From Bacteroidales bacterium (GTDB lineage: Bacteria; Bacteroidota; Bacteroidia; Bacteroidales; Tenuifilaceae), in assembly GCA_016931855.1 (NCBI GenBank), contig JAFGDZ010000026.1, forward strand, positions 31,472-95,471: a stretch of DNA of 64,000 bases, written 5' to 3'. The stretch's first letter is position 1, and every line of letters begins with the position of its first letter. The position numbers were made by a program, and so were the translations under genes. The notes under the pieces were generated by a model, which did no database searches, had not been told where the DNA came from, and saw only the letters and a program-made list of their open reading frames with translations. Of this stretch, positions 41,117 to 51,249 are shown piece by piece.

Positions 41117-42529
41117 ATGAGTCAATTTTTACTACTAGCAATTATTGCTGGTGTTGTTTTCGTCTTCATCCTAATTGTTTCGCTATTCAAGCGATACAAG
41201 CGATGCCCATCAGACCGAGTACTTGTTGTTTACGGAAAAGTAGGCAAGGGAAAGTCTGACGAAGCACGGTCGGCAAAGTGTATTCACGGGGGAGCCGCCT
41301 TTATTTGGCCCGTTATTCAGGATTACGCATTCCTTAATCTAACCCCGCTCTCTATTGAGATTAACCTAACCAATGCGCTTAGCCAGCAGAACATTCGTGT
41401 TGATGTGCCCTCACGCTTTACCGTGGGTATCTCTACAGAGGCAGGCATTATGGACAATGCTGCCGAGCGCCTGCTGGGCCTAAGTCAGGACGACATAAGC
41501 AACCTTGCTAAGGATATAATCTTTGGTCAGCTCCGTTTGGTTGTTGCCACCATGGAGATTGAGGAGATTAACAACAACCGCGACAAGTTTCTTGCCGCAG
41601 TATCGGCAAACGTTGAGGCCGAGCTTAAAAAGATTGGTCTTAAACTGATCAACGTAAACGTTACCGATATCAACGACGAGTCGGGCTACATTGAGGCTCT
41701 AGGTAAAGAGGCTGCAGCTAAGGCTATTAACGATGCCAAAAAGAGCGTTGCCGAGAAGAACCGCGATGGCTCTATTGGTGAGGCTAACGCATTCCGCGAC
41801 CAACGTGTACAGGTATCGCAAGCCGATGCTACTGCCGTTGAGGGGGAGAACCAAGCAAAGATTACCATTGCCAACTCTAATGCAACCCGCCGTGAGAGCG
41901 AGGCCGAAGCAGAACGTAAAGCGGTTGCTGCCGAAAAGGTAAGCGAGGCAAAAGCGCTTGAGGAAGCTTACGCTGCCGAACGTAGCGCAGAGACTGCCCG
42001 TGCCGAACGCGAAATGGCAACCCAAAAAGCAGACATTGTAGTTCCTGCCCAAATTAACAAGGAAAAGATTGAGATTGATGCAGAGGCTATGGCAGAGCAA
42101 ACACGCCGCCATGCCCGCGGTGAATCCGATGCTATTTTCATGAAGATGGAAGCGGAAGCTAAGGGTATATTCGAAATCCTAACCAAACAAGCTGAAGGTT
42201 TTGAGATGCTTAGCAAAGCTGCCGGAAACTCTCGCGATGCTGTTATGATGATGATTGCCGACAAGCTTCCTGAACTTGTTAAAACTCAAGTTGAAGCCGT
42301 TAAGAACCTTAAAATTGATAAGGTTACCGTTTGGGATAACATGTCGGGTGGTAAGGATGGCAAAACCCCAGCAACAGCAAACTTCCTTTCTGGTATGCTT
42401 GGCGCAATACCTCCTTTCGAGGAGCTATTTAAGATGGCCGGAATGGAGCTACCAAACTACCTAAAAGGTAAATCCATTGAGGATGTAAAGGCTGAGCCTA
42501 TTGACAGCAAGGAGAATAAGGAAGAGTAA
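41117..42529 (+). CDS. flotillin / SPFH-domain protein (YqiK-like)
   Basis: N-terminal TM, SPFH/band-7 domain, long Ala/Glu-rich coiled coil (AEAEAERKAVAAEKVSEAKALEEAYAAERSAE). Confidence 0.85.
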   Translation: MSQFLLLAIIAGVVFVFILIVSLFKRYKRCPSDRVLVVYGKVGKGKSDEARSAKCIHGGAAFIWPVIQDYAFLNLTPLSIEINLTNALSQQNIRVDVPSRFTVGISTEAGIMDNAAERLLGLSQDDISNLAKDIIFGQLRLVVATMEIEEINNNRDKFLAAVSANVEAELKKIGLKLINVNVTDINDESGYIEALGKEAAAKAINDAKKSVAEKNRDGSIGEANAFRDQRVQVSQADATAVEGENQAKITIANSNATRRESEAEAERKAVAAEKVSEAKALEEAYAAERSAETARAEREMATQKADIVVPAQINKEKIEIDAEAMAEQTRRHARGESDAIFMKMEAEAKGIFEILTKQAEGFEMLSKAAGNSRDAVMMMIADKLPELVKTQVEAVKNLKIDKVTVWDNMSGGKDGKTPATANFLSGMLGAIPPFEELFKMAGMELPNYLKGKSIEDVKAEPIDSKENKEE

Positions 42530-42547
42530 CCTATAATTTGAACAGAG

Positions 42548-42580
42548 AGCCCCAGTAAAACACTGGGGCTTTTTTATTTT
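42548..42580 (+). terminator. intrinsic terminator after the flotillin gene
   Basis: AGCCCCAGT-AAAACA-CTGGGGCT hairpin followed by TTTTTATTTT. Confidence 0.6.
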
Positions 42581-42791
42581 AACAACGCCATACCACCAAA
42601 ACTATCAAGCACTTACAAGCACAAGCAATAGTTTATCAATAAAAAAAGTAAAAAAAAGGCTACTCGTTTATGGAAAACCTCCACCATAACAATCATAGTT
42701 ACAAAAGAGCACAAAACTGAATCCCAAGCCGGCGGGTAAGTTAAAAGTCTAAAATGTTAAACCGCTCCTAATAGAGCATAATTCCATAGCC

Positions 42792-43472
42792 ATGAAAACG
42801 AAAACCAACAAAACCGACCTTGAGAAGAAAAAATCGTTATTCTTCCAAATTGGAATGATCCTAGCGCTTGGAATAACCCTGTCGGCATTTGAGTATGGAA
42901 CAACGGAGCTGCCTAATATTGACGAGCTGATGAGGACTCCCGACCCCATTGAGATTATAGAGATGATGCCCAACACCAAGATTGAGGAGATAAAACAACC
43001 TCCTGCACCGCCCCAAGTAAATACGGCGGATGTTATAGTAATCCACAAGGATAATGCGCTAATTAACGACAACCCTGATATTTTTGACGAGATTGAAACA
43101 AAAGACCTCCCCTTATTAATAACCCAATACAAAGAGGCTGAGGTTGAAGATGAGGTTGACTATAACGCCATTGAGTTTAAGCCCAAATTTATGGGTGGCA
43201 ATGCAAACGACTTTGCCAAGTATATAGCATCTAAGCTTGTTTACCCACCAGCTGCCGCCGAGAATGGGGTTCAGGGAAGAGTAATACTCCGATTCACTAT
43301 AGACAAAACGGGAAAGATTATAAACATTAAAACGCTAAGAGCCGAGGATCCCCTACTTGAGGCAGAAGCCGTTAGACTGGTAAGCACCGCGCCCGATTGG
43401 CAGCCTGGCTACCTAGGCGGCAAACCCACAAACGTTACCTTTACATTCCCAATAACGTTCCGTCTTCAGTAG
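42792..43472 (+). CDS. tonB: energy transducer TonB family protein (second paralog)
   Basis: Same architecture as 6158-6847 (MKTKTNKTDLEKKKSLFFQIGMILAL..., PPAPPQ, C-terminal TonB domain). Confidence 0.8.
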   Translation: MKTKTNKTDLEKKKSLFFQIGMILALGITLSAFEYGTTELPNIDELMRTPDPIEIIEMMPNTKIEEIKQPPAPPQVNTADVIVIHKDNALINDNPDIFDEIETKDLPLLITQYKEAEVEDEVDYNAIEFKPKFMGGNANDFAKYIASKLVYPPAAAENGVQGRVILRFTIDKTGKIINIKTLRAEDPLLEAEAVRLVSTAPDWQPGYLGGKPTNVTFTFPITFRLQ

Positions 43473-43535
43473 AGTTAGGAAGTAGTTAAAGAGTTAAATG
43501 AGCACAAAACTCTTAGTATCGCAAAAGGCCGGGAA

Positions 43536-43556
43536 ACCGGCCTTTTTATGTTTCAA
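43536..43556. terminator. intrinsic terminator (GGCCGG-GAAA-CCGGCC followed by TTTTT) between convergent tonB and the nitroreductase gene
   Basis: Perfect 6-bp GC stem with a GNRA-like loop and a T-run. Confidence 0.55.
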
Positions 43557-43569
43557 CAAACAAGAATGG

Positions 43570-44187
43570 CTACTCTACAAACCTAATTAGCTCCTCAACG
43601 GGCCGTTTCTCTCGGGGCAGCTGCTGGCGCAACGGTTTACCCACGGCAATAAACGACATCAGATTTAGCGTTGAATCTAGCGCCAGAATTGCCTCTAGCT
43701 CCTTTTTTGCAATAAGCGGAGCGCTCATCCAGCAAGCGCCATACCCCATATCCATTGCAGCAAGAAGAAGATTTTGGGCACAGCCACCTACACTCTGTAT
43801 ATCGGGAGAGTTACGCATTTCATTTATCTCGGCATGTGTAAGGGTAACGCCCTTTTCAAGAATGGTCTCGTACTCCTGCGTTGCGATAACCACAAGAGCA
43901 GGTGCATTCTCAAAAAATGTAGCAAAAAACTCAACCTGCTTCTTTACCACCCGCGACATTCGGGAGCTATTCTCGGGTAAAGCATGAATTTTCTCCCTAA
44001 CAGCATCAGCCATTCTCCGCAACAGCTCTTTGTTAGTTACAACTACAAAGCTCCATGGCTGGTAGTTATTTACACTTGGTGCTAAGCTGGCCAAGCGAAC
44101 CATTTCCTGCAAATCGGACTTAGCAACTGGCTCTGAGGTAAACTGCCTAACACTTGTTCGTGTCTCAATGGCTTTGCGCAATTCCAT
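43570..44187 (-). CDS. nitroreductase family protein
   Basis: RTSVRQFTSEPV...APSVNNYQPWSFVVV FMN-binding nitroreductase fold. Confidence 0.8.
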   Translation of the reverse strand: MELRKAIETRTSVRQFTSEPVAKSDLQEMVRLASLAPSVNNYQPWSFVVVTNKELLRRMADAVREKIHALPENSSRMSRVVKKQVEFFATFFENAPALVVIATQEYETILEKGVTLTHAEINEMRNSPDIQSVGGCAQNLLLAAMDMGYGACWMSAPLIAKKELEAILALDSTLNLMSFIAVGKPLRQQLPREKRPVEELIRFVE

Positions 44188-44334
44188 ATCAATAGTGTTT
44201 TTTGAATACCAAAATAGTATGGGCTACAACAATCTATTCTACGAAAGGTAGTAAAATAAAACGAAACGCATTACTGCAAGAGCCGAACAAATATCAACAG
44301 CAACAAGTACGGCACGCGCCACAAAAGTTGGCAG

Positions 44335-45261
44335 CTACTCCCTCGTTGCTATTACAGTCGCCTCTGGCTTACCCTTCGTTCGCTTGCTCACTAAGTAAAC
44401 ACCTACAAAAACAAGAATTGCGGCAACTATTTTTAGCGTACTCAAACCATCCTGTCCCACTACAACGGCTACTAATGTTGCAATAACAGGTTGCGAGTAG
44501 ATGTATATACTCACAGTGGTAGCTCGCACATATTGCAATCCGTAAGTATTAAATAGGTATGCCAAAAAGGTTGGTCCAATTAGCACAAATGCTATTGCGG
44601 CATATATACTAGGGGGAATTGTATGCCAATTGGTTTGTATCAAGTCGGGAACACCAAAGGGTAGTACGGCAATTAAGCCCACAAGAAAAACATTTTGCAT
44701 CACCACAACGGGCTTATACTTCACCATCAGGGGCTTTACAACCACAAGATACCCAGCATAGGCCAACGCATTACCAAAGGTTAGAAGATTCCCCAAAAAG
44801 TACTCGGAGCTAAAGCTAACGGCACCACGAGACGCAATAATCATTAACGCCCCCGTTGCACCAACAACGATACCCACAACACGCAATGGCGTAATTTTTT
44901 CGCCTATTGCTAGCGATGCAATCAGCATCACAAGCACAGGGTTAAGGGTCATGATTATAGCCGAATCGATTGGCGAGGTATAGCGCAGCCCAGTAAGAAA
45001 CATCAGCTGGTTTATGGCCACACCCAGTAGCCCCGCAGCAATTACACGGGGCCAGTCTTCGCGCAAAATCCTATCCCGCTTCATCCTAAAAAAGTTGAGA
45101 GAAAAGAAGAGCACCAATGCAGCAACTACCCTAAGTAAAGTAAAGCCTGCTGGTTGCAGGTAATTTGGCATAACACCCTTTGCCACAGAGTAATTTAGCC
45201 CAAAAAGGATATTAGCGCCAATTATTGCCAAATGGGCTTTGGCTATATTACTTTTTATCAT
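44335..45261 (-). CDS. EamA/DMT family transporter
   Basis: 10 TM helices in two EamA repeats. Confidence 0.8.
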   Translation of the reverse strand: MIKSNIAKAHLAIIGANILFGLNYSVAKGVMPNYLQPAGFTLLRVVAALVLFFSLNFFRMKRDRILREDWPRVIAAGLLGVAINQLMFLTGLRYTSPIDSAIIMTLNPVLVMLIASLAIGEKITPLRVVGIVVGATGALMIIASRGAVSFSSEYFLGNLLTFGNALAYAGYLVVVKPLMVKYKPVVVMQNVFLVGLIAVLPFGVPDLIQTNWHTIPPSIYAAIAFVLIGPTFLAYLFNTYGLQYVRATTVSIYIYSQPVIATLVAVVVGQDGLSTLKIVAAILVFVGVYLVSKRTKGKPEATVIATRE

Positions 45262-45416
45262 TAAGAATGCAAAAGGTTAGGTTACTACTTAACAACGCAG
45301 AATAAAGACTCCTCCAAAAAGATTAAGCTTAATTAAGCTATAACTTAATACGCTATCCCTTCCAACAAACATTTTATTCATAAATTTGTTCCGATAGCAA
45401 CTGTAACACACATAGA

Positions 45417-46559
45417 ATGGCAGTAAATAGCAACGGAAATCCGCTTAGTAAAATAAAGCCACATCGAATAATCCTTCCCATTGTAATAGGCCTAGCCGTT
45501 GTTGCGTACATGTTTTGGAAAGAGTTTGAGCCCGGTTCGTTTAGCGCCATTGAGTTTGGCAAATGGACTGCTATATGGCTTACTGTTGCCATTATCCTTA
45601 TGCTATTTCGTGACATTGGGTACATTCTCCGCCTAATGATTCTAACCGATGGCGAGTTCACCTTTCGTAAGGCCTTAAGGGTTATTATGCTATGGGAGTT
45701 CACATCGGCCATAACTCCAAGTGCCATTGGGGGAACAAGTGTGGCTATTCTATACATCAACAAGGAGGGATTAAGCGTTGGCCGAAGCTCCGCTGTAGTA
45801 ATGGCCACATCATTCCTTGACGAGCTATACTTTATACTGATGTTCCCTCTGCTGCTGCTAGTAGTGAGGCCAAGCGTACTCTTTAGCACAGGACTTGCCA
45901 GCACGGGAGACTTTTCCTTAGCTAACAACCTTTTGCTAATTGCCGGCATTGGCTTTTCCGTAAAACTGGCTTACGTAATTGTTTTAAGCTATGGGCTATT
46001 TGTTAACCCCCGAGGGTTAAAGTGGCTTTTGCTATGGATTTTCAAGCTACCCATTCTGCGCCGATGGAAACATGGAGCAAATGCTGCGGGGTACGAGATT
46101 ATCACTAACTCAAAATCATTTAAGCAAAAGCCCTTCTCGTTTTGGCTAAAGGCCTTTGGTGCTACGTTTTTTTCCTGGACATCGAGATACTGGGTTGCAA
46201 ACGCACTCCTACTAGCCTTCTTCCCCATTAGCGAACATCTGCTAATATTTGCAAGACAACTAGTTATGTGGATTATGATGCTTGTTAGCCCAACTCCGGG
46301 CGGGAGTGGCTTTGCCGAATATGTGTTTACCAAATTTTTAGGCGAATTTATTCCCGTTGAACCAATGCTGCTTGGCTCTGTTGTAATAGCATTGGCCTTT
46401 TTATGGCGCGTTGTAAGCTACTATCCATACCTTATAATTGGGGCTATTATGTTTCCTAAATGGATTAAGGAGAAGTTTATAGATAGCAACTCCCATAATA
46501 GCACCAAGCAAAAGGAGGAGAACATTGCAATAGCCAAAGAGGAGGAGGTTTACTCTTAA
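45417..46559 (+). CDS. flippase-like (lysylphosphatidylglycerol synthase TM-region-like, UPF0104) membrane protein
   Basis: Polytopic membrane protein whose N-terminal region resembles the MprF/UPF0104 family. Confidence 0.65.
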   Translation: MAVNSNGNPLSKIKPHRIILPIVIGLAVVAYMFWKEFEPGSFSAIEFGKWTAIWLTVAIILMLFRDIGYILRLMILTDGEFTFRKALRVIMLWEFTSAITPSAIGGTSVAILYINKEGLSVGRSSAVVMATSFLDELYFILMFPLLLLVVRPSVLFSTGLASTGDFSLANNLLLIAGIGFSVKLAYVIVLSYGLFVNPRGLKWLLLWIFKLPILRRWKHGANAAGYEIITNSKSFKQKPFSFWLKAFGATFFSWTSRYWVANALLLAFFPISEHLLIFARQLVMWIMMLVSPTPGGSGFAEYVFTKFLGEFIPVEPMLLGSVVIALAFLWRVVSYYPYLIIGAIMFPKWIKEKFIDSNSHNSTKQKEENIAIAKEEEVYS

Positions 46560-46569
46560 ACGTATTGCC

Positions 46570-47286
46570 ATGAATTTATTTGTTATAACAGGAACCAGCA
46601 GGGGCATTGGAAAGGCGCTAGCTCTAGCCGCCCTAGCTAACAGCAACAACCAGGTTATTGGGATATCAAGAACTTGCACCATATCGCACAGCCAATACAC
46701 ACATCAACAGCTAGACCTAAGCGACTCCCAAAAAGTGCTGGAAGTAACATTTCCGGCCATTGAGAATATAGAAAAGGCCGTTCTCATAAATAACTCTGGC
46801 GAGCTTGGCGAGGTAAAGCCTTTTGCAAAGGTAACCGCTGCCTCAGTGGCCAAAACCATTACCATAAATACCATTGCACCAGCCATCCTATCCAACATCT
46901 TTATAAAAACCTATGCCAACGTGGCAAAGGAAGTTGTAATAGCAAACATTAGCTCGGGAGCAGGCAGGCATCCAATAAGGTCTTGGTCGGGTTACTGCGC
47001 ATCAAAAGCAGGCCTTGACATGCTTTCCCTTGTAATTGCCGAGGAGGAGAAGGCATCGCCCAAAAGCAACGTACGAATACACAGCATAGCTCCAGGAATT
47101 GTTGACACTTGCATGCAAGATGGCATTAGAACGCTAAGCACTGCTGATTTTCCGGATCACAAGCGATTTGTAGAATACAAAGAAAAAGGGTCACTAAGTG
47201 ACCCTCACGATGTTGCCATCAAAATTATGTCTATTGTTAACAATCCCAATATTTCTGAAACGATACTTGACGTTAGGAATCTCTAA
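46570..47286 (+). CDS. SDR family oxidoreductase
   Basis: TGTSRGIG Rossmann motif and catalytic Y..xK (YCASK). Confidence 0.8.
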   Translation: MNLFVITGTSRGIGKALALAALANSNNQVIGISRTCTISHSQYTHQQLDLSDSQKVLEVTFPAIENIEKAVLINNSGELGEVKPFAKVTAASVAKTITINTIAPAILSNIFIKTYANVAKEVVIANISSGAGRHPIRSWSGYCASKAGLDMLSLVIAEEEKASPKSNVRIHSIAPGIVDTCMQDGIRTLSTADFPDHKRFVEYKEKGSLSDPHDVAIKIMSIVNNPNISETILDVRNL

Positions 47287-47990
47287 GCAACCTTAATCCG
47301 CTCACAGATAAACTTAAGCATCGACTCAAACATCAACCTACCATCGGTATTGCCAAGTTCATCATCAGCAGCGCGCTCTGGGTGAGGCATCATGCCAAAC
47401 ACGTTCATGCCCCTATTACTAATACCGGCAATGTTCTCCACTGCACCATTGGGGTTAACCTGCTCAGAGATATTTCCATCCTCATCGCTGTAGCGGAACA
47501 TAATTTGACCATTCATGCGCATCTCGGCAAGGGTATCCTTATCGGCATAGTAGCGCCCCTCACCATGTGCAATAGGAATCTTAAACGCCATCTCCCTAGG
47601 CAGATATGCTGTTAGCGGAGTAATCTTAGAATCGGGCACAATGTGAACGTTCTTACAAATAAACTTTTGGCTGTTGTTATGCAGCAGTGCGCCAGGGAGT
47701 AATCCCGCCTCGCAAAGTATTTGAAATCCATTGCACACCCCAAAAACAAATCCTCCGTTATGCGCAAACTCAATAACCTTTTCCATAATTGGAGAGAAAC
47801 GGGCTAATGCACCGGACCGAAGATAGTCGCCATACGAAAAGCCACCAGGAAGCACAACCACATCTACACCCTGTAGGTCAGAATCCTTATGCCAAAGTTC
47901 CACCACCTCTTGCTCCATAATGTTACGCAGAACATAAATCATGTCCTTATCGCAGTTTGACCCTGGGAAAACTACTACACCAAATTTCAT
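47283..47990 (-). CDS. purQ: phosphoribosylformylglycinamidine synthase glutaminase subunit PurQ
   Basis: MKFGVVVFPGSNCD..., catalytic Cys in GVCNGFQIL, HPE triad. Confidence 0.9.
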   Translation of the reverse strand: MKFGVVVFPGSNCDKDMIYVLRNIMEQEVVELWHKDSDLQGVDVVVLPGGFSYGDYLRSGALARFSPIMEKVIEFAHNGGFVFGVCNGFQILCEAGLLPGALLHNNSQKFICKNVHIVPDSKITPLTAYLPREMAFKIPIAHGEGRYYADKDTLAEMRMNGQIMFRYSDEDGNISEQVNPNGAVENIAGISNRGMNVFGMMPHPERAADDELGNTDGRLMFESMLKFICERIKVA

Positions 47991-48194
47991 CTGTATAAGA
48001 TTTTATTAGAGTTTGCCGAAAACAAGTAATAAGCAGCTCTTTGTAAAGCACTGCTAGCAAAAACCTCAAAAAACGGGGGCTGCCAAAAGTATCCTTACTA
48101 AAGACGCATCAAAGATAGATATAAAAAATTACCGCACAAAGGCAAAAACGCATGGTCATTTTGCCAGTTTTCAATACCTTAGCTACAAAAAATA

Positions 48195-49250
48195 ATGAGA
48201 GCACTCAGAAAAATAGCGACTATTCTGGTTGCAGCCATTCTATTCCTAGCAATTTTCATTGCCTATTCTACCCTAACAGAGTTCAAGCCAGAACCCACAA
48301 AAACAGCGTACTCATCTAACTCGCCTGACACTATTTACCTTGAAAAAGAGTTATCACTCACAACCTGGAATGTAGGATACGGTGGGCTGGGCGCTAACAT
48401 GGACTTCTTTTACGACGATGGAAAAAAAACCCGAGACACAAAGGAAAACACCTTAGCAAATCTTGATTCCATCAAAAGCTGGCTCACAAAGCACAAAAGC
48501 ACAAATTTTTTTCTATTGCAAGAGGTGGATTTTGGTTCCCAACGCTCATACAACATAGAGCAGCTAGGCCATATAGCCGACAACCTTGGCAGCCACAATA
48601 AAGTTACAGCCTACAACTATTTAGTTGGATTTGTTCCAGCACCAATATCGTCCCCAATGGGGCATGTATCATCGGGGCTTGCGCTACTCTCACATCCAAA
48701 CCCAAAACTAGCCACTCGAATTAGCTATCCAGGCTCTTACCCCTGGCCCAAGAAGCTGTTTATGCTTCGCAGATGCATGCTTGCCAATCGCTACCCAGTA
48801 AGCAACGGCAAAGAGCTAATTGTAATCAACACCCACAAATCAGCGTTTGACGACGGAAGCCTTAAGCAACAAGAGATGGAAAAGATGAAGGCGTTTATTG
48901 AGGATGAGTTTAGCAAGGGGAACTACATTATTGTAGGTGGCGACTGGAACCAGGCTCCCCCCAGCTTCCCATTAAACACATTTGGCAACAACTACGAAGC
49001 GAATTTCTTTAAGCTCATGAATATCCCTACAGACTTTATGCCTCAGGGTTGGCAATGGGTTTACGACTCCCAAACCCCCACAAACAGGTACCTAAATGAA
49101 CCGTACCAAAAGGGGAATACCTTTACGTCGATACTAGACTTCTTTTTAGTATCGCCAAACATTGAGGTACTCTCCTGCAGCACAGCTAATCTCGACTTTC
49201 GATACTCAGATCACAACCCAGTTTCTGTTAGCGTAAAACTTAAAGAATAA
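48195..49250 (+). CDS. endonuclease/exonuclease/phosphatase (EEP) family protein with signal anchor
   Basis: EEP motifs: LTTWNVGYG, LLQEVD, GGDWN, SDHNPV. Confidence 0.7.
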   Translation: MRALRKIATILVAAILFLAIFIAYSTLTEFKPEPTKTAYSSNSPDTIYLEKELSLTTWNVGYGGLGANMDFFYDDGKKTRDTKENTLANLDSIKSWLTKHKSTNFFLLQEVDFGSQRSYNIEQLGHIADNLGSHNKVTAYNYLVGFVPAPISSPMGHVSSGLALLSHPNPKLATRISYPGSYPWPKKLFMLRRCMLANRYPVSNGKELIVINTHKSAFDDGSLKQQEMEKMKAFIEDEFSKGNYIIVGGDWNQAPPSFPLNTFGNNYEANFFKLMNIPTDFMPQGWQWVYDSQTPTNRYLNEPYQKGNTFTSILDFFLVSPNIEVLSCSTANLDFRYSDHNPVSVSVKLKE

Positions 49251-49338
49251 TATGCTTTTGAAACATTGCTTTAGAACATTCTAAATAAGAGTTTGTTGGT
49301 TTACGAAATAGCTAATTTCGCGGCAAATTTCAAAAACC

Positions 49339-50112
49339 ATGAAAGCAAAGGGACTAATTGGCACAACCCTCCTACTAATGCTTATTTCTGGCGCATTTGC
49401 AGCCAATCCAATAAGCAACATTGTAACCACAGAACCTCCTGACAAACTTCCTGAGGCAACTAAGGATAGTTTGGAGGTTACCCTATCGGCCGACATTCGC
49501 AACCGGCACACTTGGCGCGGTGGGCTCACCTGCGATGCTTGGAACTTCCAGCCTACACTAAACTTTACGTGGCGTAACTTTTTAGTTGGGGCGTGGGGTG
49601 TTTACACCGTTGACAACAAGTATGCTGAGGTTGATTTTTACGCATCGTACACCTACAAAAGCTTTACGCTAAGCGTGCTCGACTACTTTTGCCCAAACGA
49701 AACACTTGCCGTTAACCGTTTTTTCGATTACGACGACAAAACGACCCCTCACCTAATTGACATCAACCTACAGTTTAACGGAACCAAGTCGTTTCCCGTT
49801 AGAATTTTGGCATCAACCATTGTTTATGGCAACGATAAAAAGAGCGACGACCCAACAGAAAACAACTATTCCACATACGTTGAGGCAGGCTACAACTTCG
49901 CATCAAAAAAGGGCTACAGCTATGACTTTGTAGTAGGGACAACCCCTTTCGAAAGCTTTTACTCTAACAAGTTAAACGTTGTGAACATGGGATTTAAGGC
50001 ATCAAAAAAAATCAAGATTACCCCCTCATACAGCCTTCCTGTATTTGGTCAGCTTGTGCTAAATCCTTACAAAGAGAACCTCCATTTTGTGTTTGGCATC
50101 ACCATAGAATAA
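49339..50112 (+). CDS. hypothetical outer-membrane (beta-barrel-like) protein with signal peptide
   Basis: Signal peptide; alternating aromatic/hydrophilic beta-strand pattern; ends in an aromatic-rich C-terminus. No family recognised. Confidence 0.45.
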   Translation: MKAKGLIGTTLLLMLISGAFAANPISNIVTTEPPDKLPEATKDSLEVTLSADIRNRHTWRGGLTCDAWNFQPTLNFTWRNFLVGAWGVYTVDNKYAEVDFYASYTYKSFTLSVLDYFCPNETLAVNRFFDYDDKTTPHLIDINLQFNGTKSFPVRILASTIVYGNDKKSDDPTENNYSTYVEAGYNFASKKGYSYDFVVGTTPFESFYSNKLNVVNMGFKASKKIKITPSYSLPVFGQLVLNPYKENLHFVFGITIE

Positions 50113-50137
50113 CTTACGCTAAGCCCATACCGTTTAA

Positions 50138-50170
50138 AGCCAATCCCCCACGGATTGGCTTTTTCTTTTA
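50138..50170 (+). terminator. intrinsic terminator
   Basis: AAGCCAATCC-CCCAC-GGATTGGCTT hairpin followed by TTTTCTTTT. Confidence 0.55.
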
Positions 50171-50403
50171 TCACAAGAAGAGCGCCACCTATCACTACTA
50201 CAAGCTCAAACATAAACTACTAGTACTTATTTGGCGAACCGCTGTCCCAAAAAGGAGATATGACTTTGCACTTTGCCAAAGTATTTATATTTTTAGCAAG
50301 TTTATTGCTTTGAGCAAAAGAAAGCATAACAATAAAGGTTGGCGCTTCGTAAGAAGCATTATTGGCACCGCATTGATGCCACAAAAAACTTCAGACAACT
50401 GTT

Positions 50404-51243
50404 ATGAACGTTACCGATCAAGACCTACAATATTTTATCTCGGCCCTTAAGAACTACACCAAATATGACTTCAGCGATTACTCAGATAAATCGCTGAAAA
50501 GAAGGGTTGAGAAGGTACTTGCAGACCGTAATTTAGATGTAACAGGGCTTATTACCAGCATTAAGAACTCTCAGGAATTTGCGGAGCTCATAGTAAAAGA
50601 GATTACCGTTAACACCACCGAACTTTTCCGCGATCCGCAAACCTGGCACCTTCTTCGTTCGCGCATTCTACCTCGCTTCAAAAACAACAAGAACATTAAC
50701 ATTTGGCATGCGGGCTGCTCAACAGGGCAAGAGGTGTACTCCATGATGATATTGCTAAATGAAATGGAGCTGTTTGACAAGGCCAAGATATTTGCAACCG
50801 ACCTAAACAGCGACGTTCTTGATGCAGCAAAAAAAGGACAGTACAAGTACCGATTTAACATAGGATACCTTGACAACTTCGACAAGGTTATTAAGCAAAA
50901 CCCCTTGAACTACGAGGAGTTTAATGATGTTCCCTACGACAAGTACTTTGAAATTGACAAAGCAAAGGATACCATCACCATGAAAAAGTTTCTTACGGAA
51001 AAACCCATTTTCCGTAAGCACGACCTAGTAAAAGATGGCAATCTGTTCTTCGCCAAGTTCGACCTCATACTTTGCAGAAACGTTATAATTTACTTCAACT
51101 ATAACCTGCAGAACAACGTATTTGAGCTATTCCACTCTAATCTATACCCCAAAGGGTGCTTGCTTTTAGGGATGCACGAAACAATACTTGGGCCATGGGC
51201 AACAAAATTTGAAAAGATAGGTCAGGCATACGTAAAAAAATAG
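50404..51243 (+). CDS. cheR: CheR-type protein-glutamate O-methyltransferase
   Basis: CheR N-terminal helical domain plus SAM-MTase with canonical IWHAGCSTGQEVYS motif. Confidence 0.85.
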   Translation: MNVTDQDLQYFISALKNYTKYDFSDYSDKSLKRRVEKVLADRNLDVTGLITSIKNSQEFAELIVKEITVNTTELFRDPQTWHLLRSRILPRFKNNKNINIWHAGCSTGQEVYSMMILLNEMELFDKAKIFATDLNSDVLDAAKKGQYKYRFNIGYLDNFDKVIKQNPLNYEEFNDVPYDKYFEIDKAKDTITMKKFLTEKPIFRKHDLVKDGNLFFAKFDLILCRNVIIYFNYNLQNNVFELFHSNLYPKGCLLLGMHETILGPWATKFEKIGQAYVKK

Positions 51244-51249
51244 ATTACC

